From positions 32,001 to 96,000 of the IMG/VR virus record IMGVR_UViG_3300036985_006427: a DNA stretch of 64,000 nucleotides. One strand, written 5' to 3'. The translations under genes and the position numbers were made by a program. Shown piece after piece: positions 30,442 to 40,872 of the stretch (position 1 is its first letter; the number at the start of each line of letters is the position of its first letter). The notes below the pieces were generated by a model that was given only the letters and a program-made list of their open reading frames with translations, did no database searches and was not told where the DNA came from. The DNA is from a virus.

Positions 30442-31629
30442 TCAACCTATCAAGCCAGTTGGAAACGTTCCCTGACCAACGTCGTTCGCACGCTTTGAGG
30501 TTACACCAGCGTTTAGCGTCAAAGCTCCAAATCCAATATAACCGCTTGCTTGGGCAATGTCTTGTACGTCCAATGAATTGAAATTCTGGAAGCTATATGA
30601 GCAAGATACGTTTCCTCCACCAGCATCTCCTCCACCATAACTAACGCTCGTTAATTTATTCTTGTTTCCAAGATCGAACGCAACTCCGCATCTCAGAAGT
30701 AAAAATATAGGCTCATTTCTAAGGTTATTGCCAGAGTCAACTGTTCCGGTAAGAGATGCGGCTCCTGCTTCGAGAGCATCAACAAAATCTCCAGAAGTTG
30801 TGATAGCTTCAATCTCACAAGTTACTTCTACAGGAAAAGTAGCTGGTCGAAAGAAAGCTGCTTTTCTTCCAAGTTCAAGAATGTCCTCACGACCAAAGTC
30901 GGTGCTGCAAGTGAAATTCTGAATATGAACCCTTGGATTAGTGCCATTCAAACCATTGCCATAACCACTTGCGGCAGTTCCAATGTTCAAGACACCATCA
31001 ATAACCCTTGGCAGAATCGATCCGGCCAACAGTACGTCTTCGCGTCTTTGAACGCCTCCGCTAGGTGATGAGTCAATACCAAGAGCTTTTGGAGAGTCGC
31101 TTCCGTTAAAAGAAGCCACATCAGCAGATGCGATCTGTTGACCTGTCACTAGCCATCTTTTGTTGTTGCCCACCAAGGTTACTGATTCTGTACAGTTTCC
31201 ATCAACAGGAACTGTATAACTAATGGATGAAACCGCCATTCCAGAACAATAAACTTCTACTTCTGCATTTTGGCCAGCAACATTGTTTTTCTGAGCGTCA
31301 AAAATACCAAGTCTAAGATCGCACTTGGTGTCAGCTCGACCAACAATGCCGCTATTGCTTGTTCCAACAACACCAACAGTAGCCATGTGGTAAATCAATG
31401 GGTATCCATCTATTACTTTTTCTAGGGTAACCTCGATATCTGGAGTACCTTCAATGTTTTCATAAATTTCTACTTGACCAAGCTCAAAAACCTGTTCAAG
31501 GTTGAAACTTGTGTTGATACCTACGCTTTGTACGCCGTGAACCATGTCTGTAGCGTCAATACCGGCGTCACCCTCGTTGGTGATAGCCAAAGCTTGACAG
31601 GCGTAAAATATTCTCTTATTGTTTGACAT
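30442..31629 (-). CDS. Major tail (tube) protein (395 aa)
   Basis: HGVQSVGINTSFNLEQVFELGQ and EDILELGRK half-repeats typical of tube proteins; own promoter motif and AGGAG RBS; position. Confidence 0.8.
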   Translation of the reverse strand: MSNNKRIFYACQALAITNEGDAGIDATDMVHGVQSVGINTSFNLEQVFELGQVEIYENIEGTPDIEVTLEKVIDGYPLIYHMATVGVVGTSNSGIVGRADTKCDLRLGIFDAQKNNVAGQNAEVEVYCSGMAVSSISYTVPVDGNCTESVTLVGNNKRWLVTGQQIASADVASFNGSDSPKALGIDSSPSGGVQRREDVLLAGSILPRVIDGVLNIGTAASGYGNGLNGTNPRVHIQNFTCSTDFGREDILELGRKAAFFRPATFPVEVTCEIEAITTSGDFVDALEAGAASLTGTVDSGNNLRNEPIFLLLRCGVAFDLGNKNKLTSVSYGGGDAGGGNVSCSYSFQNFNSLDVQDIAQASGYIGFGALTLNAGVTSKRANDVGQGTFPTGLIG

Positions 31630-31667
31630 TATATCTCTCCTGAGTTAAAATGAAAGATCGCTATTAA

Positions 31668-31678
31668 ATAATACACAA
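31668..31678 (-). promoter_or_regulatory. Putative late promoter TTGTGTATTAT
   Basis: Recurrent intergenic motif, ~39 nt upstream of the major tail gene. Confidence 0.65.
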
Positions 31679-31683
31679 AAATG

Positions 31684-32664
31684 CTAAATATTTGTCTTTA
31701 TTCCCAATGTGCAGAACCTCACAATACCTCCAAATAAATTAGGACTCACCATGTCCATTTTCTCGACGACGGTGTTTTCCATACGAAAAGGACCAGCGTT
31801 ATAATTCTCTATCAATTCTGGGTACAAAATAGCGCTTGGATTAGGATAACCTAAATGATTTATAGGGTATTTATTCTCACTGTTTAGCCTATCGCTATCA
31901 ATAACATATACGCTTTTATCATTTTGAAGCGAAACTATATCCACCAGCATATTGCGTGTTTGTTCGTCTTCAGCTATGCAATGAGCTATAACATCTGTGT
32001 AAACCCATTGACCGCCACCAAGTTGGTACGGTTTGAACTTTCTGATTGGAACAATTTCAAAAGCTATAGCTGGTAATTGTAATCTATTTTCTGGAGGAAT
32101 ATCCCAAGCCCCAGTGCTCACGTCATAGAAATTATTATTTGGCTGGTTGCTGTTTGTTTGAATCTGCCTCAACCAAGGCACATTGTTTGCATAAACTATA
32201 TTTATGTATTTGTATGAATATTCTACTTGAACCAAAGATCCACTTGGTACGGCAGAATTAAATATAACCCTACCGTTAAAATAATCAACATGGTGAGCGT
32301 ATGTGCCCACTCCAGAATTTGGCTGAAACTGATTGTTCACATAAATGCCACTTATTCCGGGAAAGTTTGCATTTGATCCAACCTTTGGCGATGCCATTCC
32401 AATTCCAGACACTCCACTTTGCCAAACCCAGTTTTTTCTAAAACCCTCCCAAACTTGTCCAGAAGTATAAGAGTCGTTGGATGAGAGTCTAAGACGACTC
32501 ATATCAAGACCATTTGGAGAAGTTTCACCTTTTGTTACATTGAAGTAATTGCCTTTTTCAAGCAATGCCCAGTCAAAATATTCGACCAAGGCGTCTTGAA
32601 TATTGTTGTTTAAACTGTAATCATTTATGCTTGTGAAACCTTTTAAGCCGTCATAATTAGCCAT
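31684..32664 (-). CDS. Neck / tail terminator-like protein
   Basis: RLQLPAIAFE..RNMLVDIVSLQ; start moved to MANYDG on GGAGG spacing; upstream of tail tube. Confidence 0.55.
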   Translation of the reverse strand: MANYDGLKGFTSINDYSLNNNIQDALVEYFDWALLEKGNYFNVTKGETSPNGLDMSRLRLSSNDSYTSGQVWEGFRKNWVWQSGVSGIGMASPKVGSNANFPGISGIYVNNQFQPNSGVGTYAHHVDYFNGRVIFNSAVPSGSLVQVEYSYKYINIVYANNVPWLRQIQTNSNQPNNNFYDVSTGAWDIPPENRLQLPAIAFEIVPIRKFKPYQLGGGQWVYTDVIAHCIAEDEQTRNMLVDIVSLQNDKSVYVIDSDRLNSENKYPINHLGYPNPSAILYPELIENYNAGPFRMENTVVEKMDMVSPNLFGGIVRFCTLGIKTNI

Positions 32665-33289
32665 AGAAAGCATCCTCCATTATCGAAGATAGCTCTTTGT
32701 CTCTGCCCTGTAGGGCTCTGGTGATAAAATTATTTTCTGCTGTACCCGCAAAATTAGGAGGAATTCTCCATAAATTTCCCGACACCATTGTTCCTCCTCC
32801 AGATCTTCCAGAATTATCTGGCTTGTATGTATATCCAGAAACGATAGTGTTTGAACCTTGAGTCAACAACCAATTCAACCAAGGCAATCGAGCGGACGTA
32901 GCCTGAATCACAGCTTCAGGCAAGCCCAGAATATTGGAAAAATTATCTGGTTGTAAGTAAAAAATTATTCCACCTTGAAGCTTGTCGTTTATTTCTTCAA
33001 ATTCCACAGCAACGCTTTTCGCTACAGCCAAAGATATTGCCTCTATCGCCTGATTGGATGTTCCAGTTATAAAACCAAGTTGTGCGTTCAAGCTGTTTAA
33101 AACACCCTCATCTAATATACTGGAGATTTCCGGTTGTTCAAAAATCCAACCCTGAACCAAAGATCTGACTTGGTCTTCTGCTTTTTTATGGTTCTTTTTT
33201 AATTTCAAATTCAAATCCTTGGCCATTGCTGTGAACAAGGTTTTTTGTATTGAATTTTTAGAACCGGATAATTTTAATGAGATGCTCAT
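32657..33289 (-). CDS. Neck / tail completion-like protein
   Basis: LPWLNWLL..WRIPP..GTAENNFITRAL; start MSISLK overlaps the upstream stop (ATGA). Confidence 0.55.
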   Translation of the reverse strand: MSISLKLSGSKNSIQKTLFTAMAKDLNLKLKKNHKKAEDQVRSLVQGWIFEQPEISSILDEGVLNSLNAQLGFITGTSNQAIEAISLAVAKSVAVEFEEINDKLQGGIIFYLQPDNFSNILGLPEAVIQATSARLPWLNWLLTQGSNTIVSGYTYKPDNSGRSGGGTMVSGNLWRIPPNFAGTAENNFITRALQGRDKELSSIMEDAFYG

Positions 33290-33771
33290 GTTGCTCGCTG
33301 CCAAAAACAACCAAAATAGCGGTTTTGTCTTAAACCCATTGGAAAAGGTTCACCAAATTTAGTGAACTTAAACTCTCGTAAATCTTTGATATTGTTGTGA
33401 ACCACGAGGTATTTTGCCCTCATGACTTTGTCTAAATCAGAAGCAAAGAATATAGTTTGAATACTGTTGTCTGGAGCAACAATGTCGCCACCAAGCTTGA
33501 TCCAGCTTCTGCTGTCCCAGTACACCTTTAATCTGATGGTTTCAAGCTTTTCAACTTCTTTAAAAGTTTTATCAGCACGCTTGTAATTGTCAGATTGTAG
33601 TCTGTGGGCGTTTACGGATTTGTTGTACGGAATATTATCATAGGTATTGGATATTTCTTCTACCTTTTCTATAAACACCAGCGTACAATCAATACCAAAT
33701 ATATCTGTGATTGTAGAATCAATGATATCATAGTATTTTATAAAAACGCTCTCTGGAATATTGATAGGCAT
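33286..33771 (-). CDS. Head closure / head-tail joining protein
   Basis: Size, position, C-terminal PFPMGLRQNRYFGCFWQR. Confidence 0.55.
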   Translation of the reverse strand: MPINIPESVFIKYYDIIDSTITDIFGIDCTLVFIEKVEEISNTYDNIPYNKSVNAHRLQSDNYKRADKTFKEVEKLETIRLKVYWDSRSWIKLGGDIVAPDNSIQTIFFASDLDKVMRAKYLVVHNNIKDLREFKFTKFGEPFPMGLRQNRYFGCFWQRAT

Positions 33772-33783
33772 AATTTACTCCAA

Positions 33784-33984
33784 TCAAGAAGCTCCACCAC
33801 CGTAATGTTCATCGAATCTGCCGCTGGTTCTAACGTTCATAACACCAGAAGTGACGTACTGATTTACATCTGGCGATCTTTTTTCAACAGAAGCAGAGCC
33901 AGCTTCAGTTACAAAAGTAACCATGGAGCCATTTTGTATTCCGTTTGCAGGAATCACAGGCTGCACTGCGTAAGGATGACCCAT
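33784..33984 (-). CDS. Small hypothetical protein (66 aa)
   Basis: GGAG RBS before MGHPYAV. Confidence 0.6.
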   Translation of the reverse strand: MGHPYAVQPVIPANGIQNGSMVTFVTEAGSASVEKRSPDVNQYVTSGVMNVRTSGRFDEHYGGGAS

Positions 33985-34014
33985 TTTATTCTCCAATATA
34001 AGTTGATTGCTAGT

Positions 34015-37000
34015 TTAGAATGTAGTTATTGCATTAAATTTATACCACGTAAAACCAGTAGCAGTTGATCCAAGACACACGGCTATCCCACTCCCGTTAT
34101 TAGTTCCTAGGTGTGGTATTTCATATAAGGCTACAACGCCTTGTCCTTTGGGTATAATCTGATTGCTATTACCTATTAATTCCGCAGCGGCTCCAGTTCC
34201 CTGAGTTCCACTTGCCAAAGGTAATCTCAATACTCCATATTGATTGATGATAGCGTTTGTTACGGGATAAGGAGCGCTTGACCCTCCAACTGAAGGAGCG
34301 CTTCTGTATTGTGTTTCAAATAAGTTTTTGGATTGATTGCTAACATTATAATTCTCTGGATACAACCATAACTTTAAAGCTGATCTGGTCGCTACTGTCG
34401 GAGTAAGATTCAGCGCTGAGTTTAAGATTCCAGTTGCCTTGATTGTAGCTGCACCTGCTGCGTCATGAGGGTCTAATTTTTTGCCTATGTGCAATGAAGC
34501 TCCGATGTTTGGAATATGACCCTGAATACAACCATTGATGTCAATGAGGTTAGGCTGGCCTGTAGGATGAGCCCAATAAAAATCTATGCCAGTGTTTGCT
34601 TGGAACGATATTGAGCTTCTTATTCCACTGGCGGTTCGTCCTGCGTAAGTTCCAATAAACAAAGAATGATCGCAATCATACGAGCGATCACCGGCTTGTG
34701 TTCCAATCATTACGGCATTACTAGATGCACCACCTGAGAATGCAGTAAAACTTCCAATAAGAACGCAACCATTCATTCCGCTAGATAGGTATCCAGCGTT
34801 CACGCCCATTGCTATGGTTCTGCTTGAATTGTATGATTTAAAACCCGCGTTGTACCCAACACACACGCCACTGCTAACTTCTACAGAGTTTCCATCCAAA
34901 GCATTCGCTCCAACGCTCACCATACTGAAACAGCCACTGGCAGTTCTCGCTGCATCATAACCAATGCTTACATTCAGATTATGACCAGAACCTGCATAAG
35001 CAGCCTGTGAACCGATATTTACATTGCTGCCTGCGATATCCACACCGTTACGTCCAGCCGAACTACCAATGTTGATATTTCCAGCTAATCTTGGATTTAA
35101 GTCAGTATCGACTCTTCCTGCCATCCAACCAATACTTACTGAATTATTTCCTTGAGCAAAAGAGCGGTCTCCCATTGATATGGAATCGGCTCCACTCACC
35201 ATAGCGTTACCACTTATTGATCCAGCGTAACTTCCAATACATATACTGTCTACTACACTTCCTCCAGCAGGAGTCCCAAAGATTACCTGTCCAGCCCCTT
35301 TGCCTATATTGATGATAGTCGCATCCTTAACCAAATCGCTTCCGAAACCAGCTCCACTACCAATCAATATGCTTCCGGGTCCAGCGTTTATGTTCCTAAA
35401 ACTTGGATTGCTTCGGTTTAGAGCAAAACTATCGATAACAATGGTGCCACTAGGAAAGTTTAATTGACGTATACTTCCACTTCCATCTGGATCTAATATA
35501 ATTTTACTGTTTGCAGAAACCAAACCACTGGCTGCACTCAACGCTGTAAAACCAACAATCTGTCCAGAAGCAAAGGCCGCAATTCCACTGATGGCTAAAC
35601 CGCTTGCGGTATTTTGTAGAATTTGACCACGCAGAAAATTACCTGAGTTTTGTATTGTATCAAACAATACTCCGGATAGTCCACTGGCTCCAATGGTAAA
35701 CGTATTGGTTCCAGAATCATATTCAGCACTAACTCCAGAAATACCACTTATAGTTACTGTTTGACCATTGAGGATAGTGTCATTGGCAAATTTTCCATTC
35801 GTTACATTGAATGTATAAGTATTGTTATTGTCATAACCAATGACGAATACACCACTGCTGTTTGTTCCATCATCTAGGTCGCGATAATCAATGTTGATGC
35901 CGCTAACCCCAGAAATAACCAATCTAGATCCAGCAGATCTAAGGTCTGGCGTATTATTGCCGTAACCATTTCCACTGGCCAATGTGAAAAAGTTATAAGT
36001 TTGTGCAATTATTTGATTTTGTAAAACTCCGGACAAACCGCTTGCCGAAATTGTTAAACTGTTATTTGAAGGATCATATTGAACCTCTACTCCACTGACA
36101 CCACTGACGGTCACGGTTTGTCCATCGGTGATTGGGTCATCGCTCACTTTACCGTTGGTTAATTTCCAGTTAGCATAAGATCCAGTTCCTCCAACAGTTC
36201 CTCCATTCCACACCAACGAGCCTCCATTGTTCCAAAGCATATAACCACCAACACCAGAGTTTAGCATTGGTTTATTATCGTGAGGCAGAAAAATGCCTCC
36301 GCTGGGAGCCATATAGCCGCTGGTGATAACAGATCCGCTGTTTGTTATTTGATAAAAAGTTGTTCCATCTCCGCTTTGCATTTGGAAGAACGGAGTGCTG
36401 CTGCCAGAACCTTGATGTTGAATGATAAATGCGGCGTCATCAGCAAATTTAGGTTTTACGTACAGTGTAGCGCTTGGGTTAACATTTTCCGGAGAACCAA
36501 CGGTCACACGACCCTTGTAAATATCTCCAACAATTGTGTTTCCAACGTTGATCTTGCCGCTAGCTTGATGTGTCAAGAAACTTGAGCTAGAACCAGAAGC
36601 AATGATTTCTATATTTTCATTGCCAGAAACAGATATTCCAGCATTTGACCCCAAGTATACGTTGTGTACACCGCTGGCATTTTGTGCTGATTTGGTTCCT
36701 ATTGCTATTGAGTTTGTTAAAACAAGACCAGACAAACCAACATCTCTGCCAATAGCTACGACGTCAGATGAATTTCTAGAGTATCGAAGTGCGTTTTTTC
36801 CAACGGCCACTGAGCTTGATAATAAAGAAGTTTCACCGACAACATCTTTGCCAATCGCAACAATTTCATTTAAATTAAATGATCCGCTGGCAGATGCATC
36901 ACCGATCAAATAAGAAGAGTAAATTCCACTGGAACCCTTCACAGAGTTTTGGCCAATAGCAACTACATTTGATAAACCTGAAGCCACAGAAGCTGAGTCT

Positions 37001-38706
37001 AGGCCGATAGCCACGACAGATGTTGAGCTTCTCATTCCGCTGGCAGAATAATCTCCGATAGCAACAACATTATTCAACCCACTGGAGCTAAAGCCTGCGT
37101 TTCTACCCACAAAAACAAGACTATTTGAATTTTTTGCACCAGCACCAGCTTCAGTTCCAATGGCTACCGTGTGATTTGTACTGTTTGAATTTTGCAAGGC
37201 TTTTAGACCAACGCCAATGACACCCGAGGATGAAGCTACGTTTTCACCAGCATTACGACCCACAAAGATTGAATCAAAGGTTCCGCTAGCCCCAAAGCTT
37301 GCGCTTTTCCCAATACTTACCGTGTAATAATTATCGGATAGATTGCCAAGATTTGTATTGTTGTTGCCATCGCCAATTCTTATCAAATCATCTTTGAAGA
37401 TCAATTGATTGAAATATCCAGATGCGGCGGAAATTGTACTGTCGCCTTTGACATCCAATGTGTAAGCTGGAATATCTAAAGAGGCATTTCCACCAACAAG
37501 AAGTCTATTGGTAGCATAGTCAAAACGTATTCCGCTGTCATGAGTGATAACTCCGTTAGCCTTATAGATAGGAATCATACCTGTAATAAGAACATTGGGA
37601 TTCTGACCATCTAGACCTAAATTATCTTGAATAACCATTGACCATGCGTTTTTAAGCTCTGTCACTGTCGGAAGATCGCTAACAACCAACCTTCGGAAAC
37701 TAGGAGGACCGTCTGGGCATGGGTTGCACACTCCGCTTATTGGTCCAGAGAACACCGTGGCAACTTGTTGATCCACAAAGTCTATGATTTGACTCACAAC
37801 ACCACTCAGTTCAATGACACCCTGCGCTGATGAACCTTTTATGTTTCTACGAAATGGTTCAAATTGTCTTCCACCAGAAGCTGTCTCAAGAGTGTCTGTG
37901 AGTTGTCCTCCGGCAAATAAAACTCCAGAACCACCATCAACAAAACCAGAAGCTCTGATTATTGAGTTGGGAAGTGAACCGCCCACATCTATTGAATATC
38001 CGGGGGTTTTGTTTATACCTAAAAATCCGTTTGAATTGTTCCACACAAGATTTGAAGTATAATTTAAGATTTGTTCATTTTCCCAAAACGCGATGCCGCT
38101 TTGCTTGGGCTCTTTGACGTTGTTGGAGATGCCAAATCCGTTGTATACAGATGTCTTTCCGGGATATGTAACAAAAACTTCTTTTACGCCTACACCAAAA
38201 GATACTGGCGTTCCAGATGCAGCGTAATCAGATCCGCTTGCAGCCAAAGAAGCAACACCAAGAGCAGCGTGTTCAGCGATATGATAAAAAGTAATTCCGG
38301 GATATCCGTTGAAATTAATTCCACTAACAGACGAAAATGGGCCAGTTGAAAAACCAACTCCTTTTTCAGCAGATGATCTGGACAACCAAAGAGGATAAAA
38401 ATATCCAGTGTTGCCATTTGTTGGTCCACTGTTGCTGGTTCCGTTGATATACCAAGGTCCAACATTTATCTTGGAACTTCTGAACGGATTTCTAGTAACA
38501 GAATCTGTGGAACCGTCTTTCTTGAAGATTCCCGATCCGATCTCATACTGCACATTGTCTGTTATAGCATAGAATACTGCGTCTCCAGAAGCATAAAAAT
38601 CTTTGAAAGCGCTAAAACTAGACACTGGACCATCCAAAGAGATGTTTCCGGTGCCTTGCACTCTGGACGTTTCTTTTATTCTATCTGCCAAGAAAAAATT
38701 TGACAT
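34015..38706 (-). CDS. Long fibre/adhesin (1563 aa) with YadA-like beta-roll repeats
   Basis: N-terminal LADRIKET anchor-like domain; ~14-aa VVAIG/NIG repeats; many Ser-Gly dipeptides. Confidence 0.75.
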   Translation of the reverse strand: MSNFFLADRIKETSRVQGTGNISLDGPVSSFSAFKDFYASGDAVFYAITDNVQYEIGSGIFKKDGSTDSVTRNPFRSSKINVGPWYINGTSNSGPTNGNTGYFYPLWLSRSSAEKGVGFSTGPFSSVSGINFNGYPGITFYHIAEHAALGVASLAASGSDYAASGTPVSFGVGVKEVFVTYPGKTSVYNGFGISNNVKEPKQSGIAFWENEQILNYTSNLVWNNSNGFLGINKTPGYSIDVGGSLPNSIIRASGFVDGGSGVLFAGGQLTDTLETASGGRQFEPFRRNIKGSSAQGVIELSGVVSQIIDFVDQQVATVFSGPISGVCNPCPDGPPSFRRLVVSDLPTVTELKNAWSMVIQDNLGLDGQNPNVLITGMIPIYKANGVITHDSGIRFDYATNRLLVGGNASLDIPAYTLDVKGDSTISAASGYFNQLIFKDDLIRIGDGNNNTNLGNLSDNYYTVSIGKSASFGASGTFDSIFVGRNAGENVASSSGVIGVGLKALQNSNSTNHTVAIGTEAGAGAKNSNSLVFVGRNAGFSSSGLNNVVAIGDYSASGMRSSTSVVAIGLDSASVASGLSNVVAIGQNSVKGSSGIYSSYLIGDASASGSFNLNEIVAIGKDVVGETSLLSSSVAVGKNALRYSRNSSDVVAIGRDVGLSGLVLTNSIAIGTKSAQNASGVHNVYLGSNAGISVSGNENIEIIASGSSSSFLTHQASGKINVGNTIVGDIYKGRVTVGSPENVNPSATLYVKPKFADDAAFIIQHQGSGSSTPFFQMQSGDGTTFYQITNSGSVITSGYMAPSGGIFLPHDNKPMLNSGVGGYMLWNNGGSLVWNGGTVGGTGSYANWKLTNGKVSDDPITDGQTVTVSGVSGVEVQYDPSNNSLTISASGLSGVLQNQIIAQTYNFFTLASGNGYGNNTPDLRSAGSRLVISGVSGINIDYRDLDDGTNSSGVFVIGYDNNNTYTFNVTNGKFANDTILNGQTVTISGISGVSAEYDSGTNTFTIGASGLSGVLFDTIQNSGNFLRGQILQNTASGLAISGIAAFASGQIVGFTALSAASGLVSANSKIILDPDGSGSIRQLNFPSGTIVIDSFALNRSNPSFRNINAGPGSILIGSGAGFGSDLVKDATIINIGKGAGQVIFGTPAGGSVVDSICIGSYAGSISGNAMVSGADSISMGDRSFAQGNNSVSIGWMAGRVDTDLNPRLAGNINIGSSAGRNGVDIAGSNVNIGSQAAYAGSGHNLNVSIGYDAARTASGCFSMVSVGANALDGNSVEVSSGVCVGYNAGFKSYNSSRTIAMGVNAGYLSSGMNGCVLIGSFTAFSGGASSNAVMIGTQAGDRSYDCDHSLFIGTYAGRTASGIRSSISFQANTGIDFYWAHPTGQPNLIDINGCIQGHIPNIGASLHIGKKLDPHDAAGAATIKATGILNSALNLTPTVATRSALKLWLYPENYNVSNQSKNLFETQYRSAPSVGGSSAPYPVTNAIINQYGVLRLPLASGTQGTGAAAELIGNSNQIIPKGQGVVALYEIPHLGTNNGSGIAVCLGSTATGFTWYKFNAITTF

Positions 38707-38720
38707 TTATATTCCCTCAA

Positions 38721-39695
38721 TTAAAACGTTGGTGCTGAACTTTCATCTATCATCGTTGGAGGTGTTCCAGAAGATTCTGAAGGGCTGTAGCCATAGGCGA
38801 CGAATGAGCAAACTTTACCATCCACATATTGACCGCCTTCGTCTTGAATAACATATGTTACAGATCTCAAGAAAGTGCCATCATTGCCAGATCTTGCTAT
38901 GCAAGAAACCGTATTGACATCCATATCCAAAAGATTAGAATTTGTGCTTGTGCCATTGGATGTTCCAATAGCTACAAAATTATTATTTTCAAATACGCCA
39001 GAAGAAAAAGTGATCTTCAACTTTCCAGCTTCTTTTCTTGATATGCTGTGAATATTATGCCAAGAGTATACAACGGGAGCATTGTTGGCTCCGCTGGCGC
39101 TAAAGTAGACCCAAGCTTTAGCTACGCCCTTGGCGTTGCTTATTGTCGAATTATCTCCCCATTTCATTGCTCCAGAAACGTATATTTCTTGGATTGTAGC
39201 ATTGGCATTCAACTGTTGAAATCTGAATCCGACATCTGGGATGCCAGACTTATTGATCCAATTAGCTCCTGTTGACATATTTCCAGTCAATGGTCTAGCA
39301 CCATCACGGTTATAATACTGGGTGTGAGTATCATTTGCTAGACCCGCTAAAGAGTCATGGTTTATACCACTATCGCCAAGCCAAGGCTCCGTTTGTCTTT
39401 TTGTTCGTTTGGCCACAGCATCACAATTAGGAAAAAATATACCAGATTCTATTATTAGATCGCCATGATCCGCTCCAGCGCTAGCTCCAGAAGAATCAGC
39501 CTTTGAAAATTTTACAGCGTTGAAAAACGGAAACTTAACTTCCGTATCGCCACTGGCTACGATTTTATTTATAGAAAACGCTATGTCTTCCAAGTTATGA
39601 CGCACATCATAAGCAGAAATAAGACCTGCGTTATTATCAGCAAGTTCTGAACTTATATTAGCAATTAACTGACCAGAATTAAGTTGACTAGGCAT
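38721..39695 (-). CDS. Short fibre protein (324 aa)
   Basis: N-terminal ADNNAGLISAYDVR motif shared with 51045-52646; HDSLAGL..HTQY motif; C-terminal AKAWVYF fibre-tip-like domain. Confidence 0.6.
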   Translation of the reverse strand: MPSQLNSGQLIANISSELADNNAGLISAYDVRHNLEDIAFSINKIVASGDTEVKFPFFNAVKFSKADSSGASAGADHGDLIIESGIFFPNCDAVAKRTKRQTEPWLGDSGINHDSLAGLANDTHTQYYNRDGARPLTGNMSTGANWINKSGIPDVGFRFQQLNANATIQEIYVSGAMKWGDNSTISNAKGVAKAWVYFSASGANNAPVVYSWHNIHSISRKEAGKLKITFSSGVFENNNFVAIGTSNGTSTNSNLLDMDVNTVSCIARSGNDGTFLRSVTYVIQDEGGQYVDGKVCSFVAYGYSPSESSGTPPTMIDESSAPTF

Positions 39696-39707
39696 TTAAG
39701 CTCTCCT

Positions 39708-40232
39708 TTAATATTCAAAATATCCGTTACCGGCCCTATGACCGCCAAAGTAGTTCCTAGATACACCGTCAGATCCGGGACTGTATGGACCAAGAATTGC
39801 TTGACCTCCGATACTGTTTCCGGCTCTGTATTCTAACAACTGTTGTTCAAATTTATCACACAGATCTTTGTAAAGAACCGTTAGTGTTTGCGTTACTCCG
39901 CGTAGATCGATTGCGGAAGGACCATCTTTTATGGAAATGGCATTTCCGGATTCACTGCGAATAGAGCCACCGACTATTATACACGCTGTGCGTAAACATA
40001 TCAAAGTTATGAAAGCTTTGTCTTCATTGCTTGGATCTGTAGGATCTGGCAACAGAGTACAGTTTTCTACATTTATATTATAATCTTGATTAAAATCCAC
40101 ATTTATTTGCGTGAGTTGGCCAGCCACAAGAATAGCGGTTTCTATTCTATGGTCAGAATATTTATAGTTATCTGGATCTACGTCATCTATAAGATATCGA
40201 ACAATAGTACCCATTTGACCTTGCCAAGACAT
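39708..40232 (-). CDS. Head-tail connector/adaptor protein
   Basis: IVRYLIDD..YSD.RIE helical adaptor pattern; position. Confidence 0.6.
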   Translation of the reverse strand: MSWQGQMGTIVRYLIDDVDPDNYKYSDHRIETAILVAGQLTQINVDFNQDYNINVENCTLLPDPTDPSNEDKAFITLICLRTACIIVGGSIRSESGNAISIKDGPSAIDLRGVTQTLTVLYKDLCDKFEQQLLEYRAGNSIGGQAILGPYSPGSDGVSRNYFGGHRAGNGYFEY

Positions 40233-40242
40233 ATCGTCACCT

Positions 40243-40548
40243 CTATAAGTTGCGATGTACTTTAAAAGTTACAGTGCTAGTGTAAAAACTGCCATTTGCT
40301 AGGATGACACGCCCTTGAAGTTTATACAAACCAGCAGTATCTATATCTCCAGACACCGTCGTGTAATACATCTTGCCGTCTGTGCCGTTGGTTTCGAAAG
40401 TTCCAGATCTAGTCAATATAGATCCATCTGGCTTTTTAATAAAAATAGATAAGCTTGTAGCTGACGATATATTTACAATAGCATCATTGTCAGTTATTGT
40501 AACTAACAATTTAGTTCCTATGTCTCCCTCTTGGATTTGACTTGCCAT
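40243..40548 (-). CDS. BppU N-terminal-like Ig domain protein
   Basis: GDIGT..KKPDG..GTDGKMYY..GDIDTAGLY..FKV pattern. Confidence 0.7.
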   Translation of the reverse strand: MASQIQEGDIGTKLLVTITDNDAIVNISSATSLSIFIKKPDGSILTRSGTFETNGTDGKMYYTTVSGDIDTAGLYKLQGRVILANGSFYTSTVTFKVHRNL

Positions 40549-40581
40549 ATTGCACCCTTAAAACAAAAGAAAGGTTTTTTT

Positions 40582-40824
40582 TTAAAGAATAAATTCATTT
40601 ATTTTTTTTAGTTGAGTATTCAATTCATTTATTTCTTTTATTCCAATTGTTATTTCAAACCCTCTGGAAATCTTCATGTCAAAGCTTTGCTGTTCATTCA
40701 CATCCAAGTTTAACGGTAATATTTCATCAATAAACAATTGATAAGCGATAAGATCACCGTTCAGAGCTTGCTCTGTAGAGGATGATAATGGCACTTCTGA
40801 CCAAGCTGAGGCGGAAAATATCAT
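40582..40824 (-). CDS. Small structural protein (80 aa)
   Basis: MIFSASAWSEVPLSS N-terminus resembles phage appendage-associated small proteins. Confidence 0.5.
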   Translation of the reverse strand: MIFSASAWSEVPLSSSTEQALNGDLIAYQLFIDEILPLNLDVNEQQSFDMKISRGFEITIGIKEINELNTQLKKINEFIL

Positions 40825-40872
40825 ATGTTTTTTTTATTTATTTATATCAAACGAGTGTGTAGGTAGGTTTTC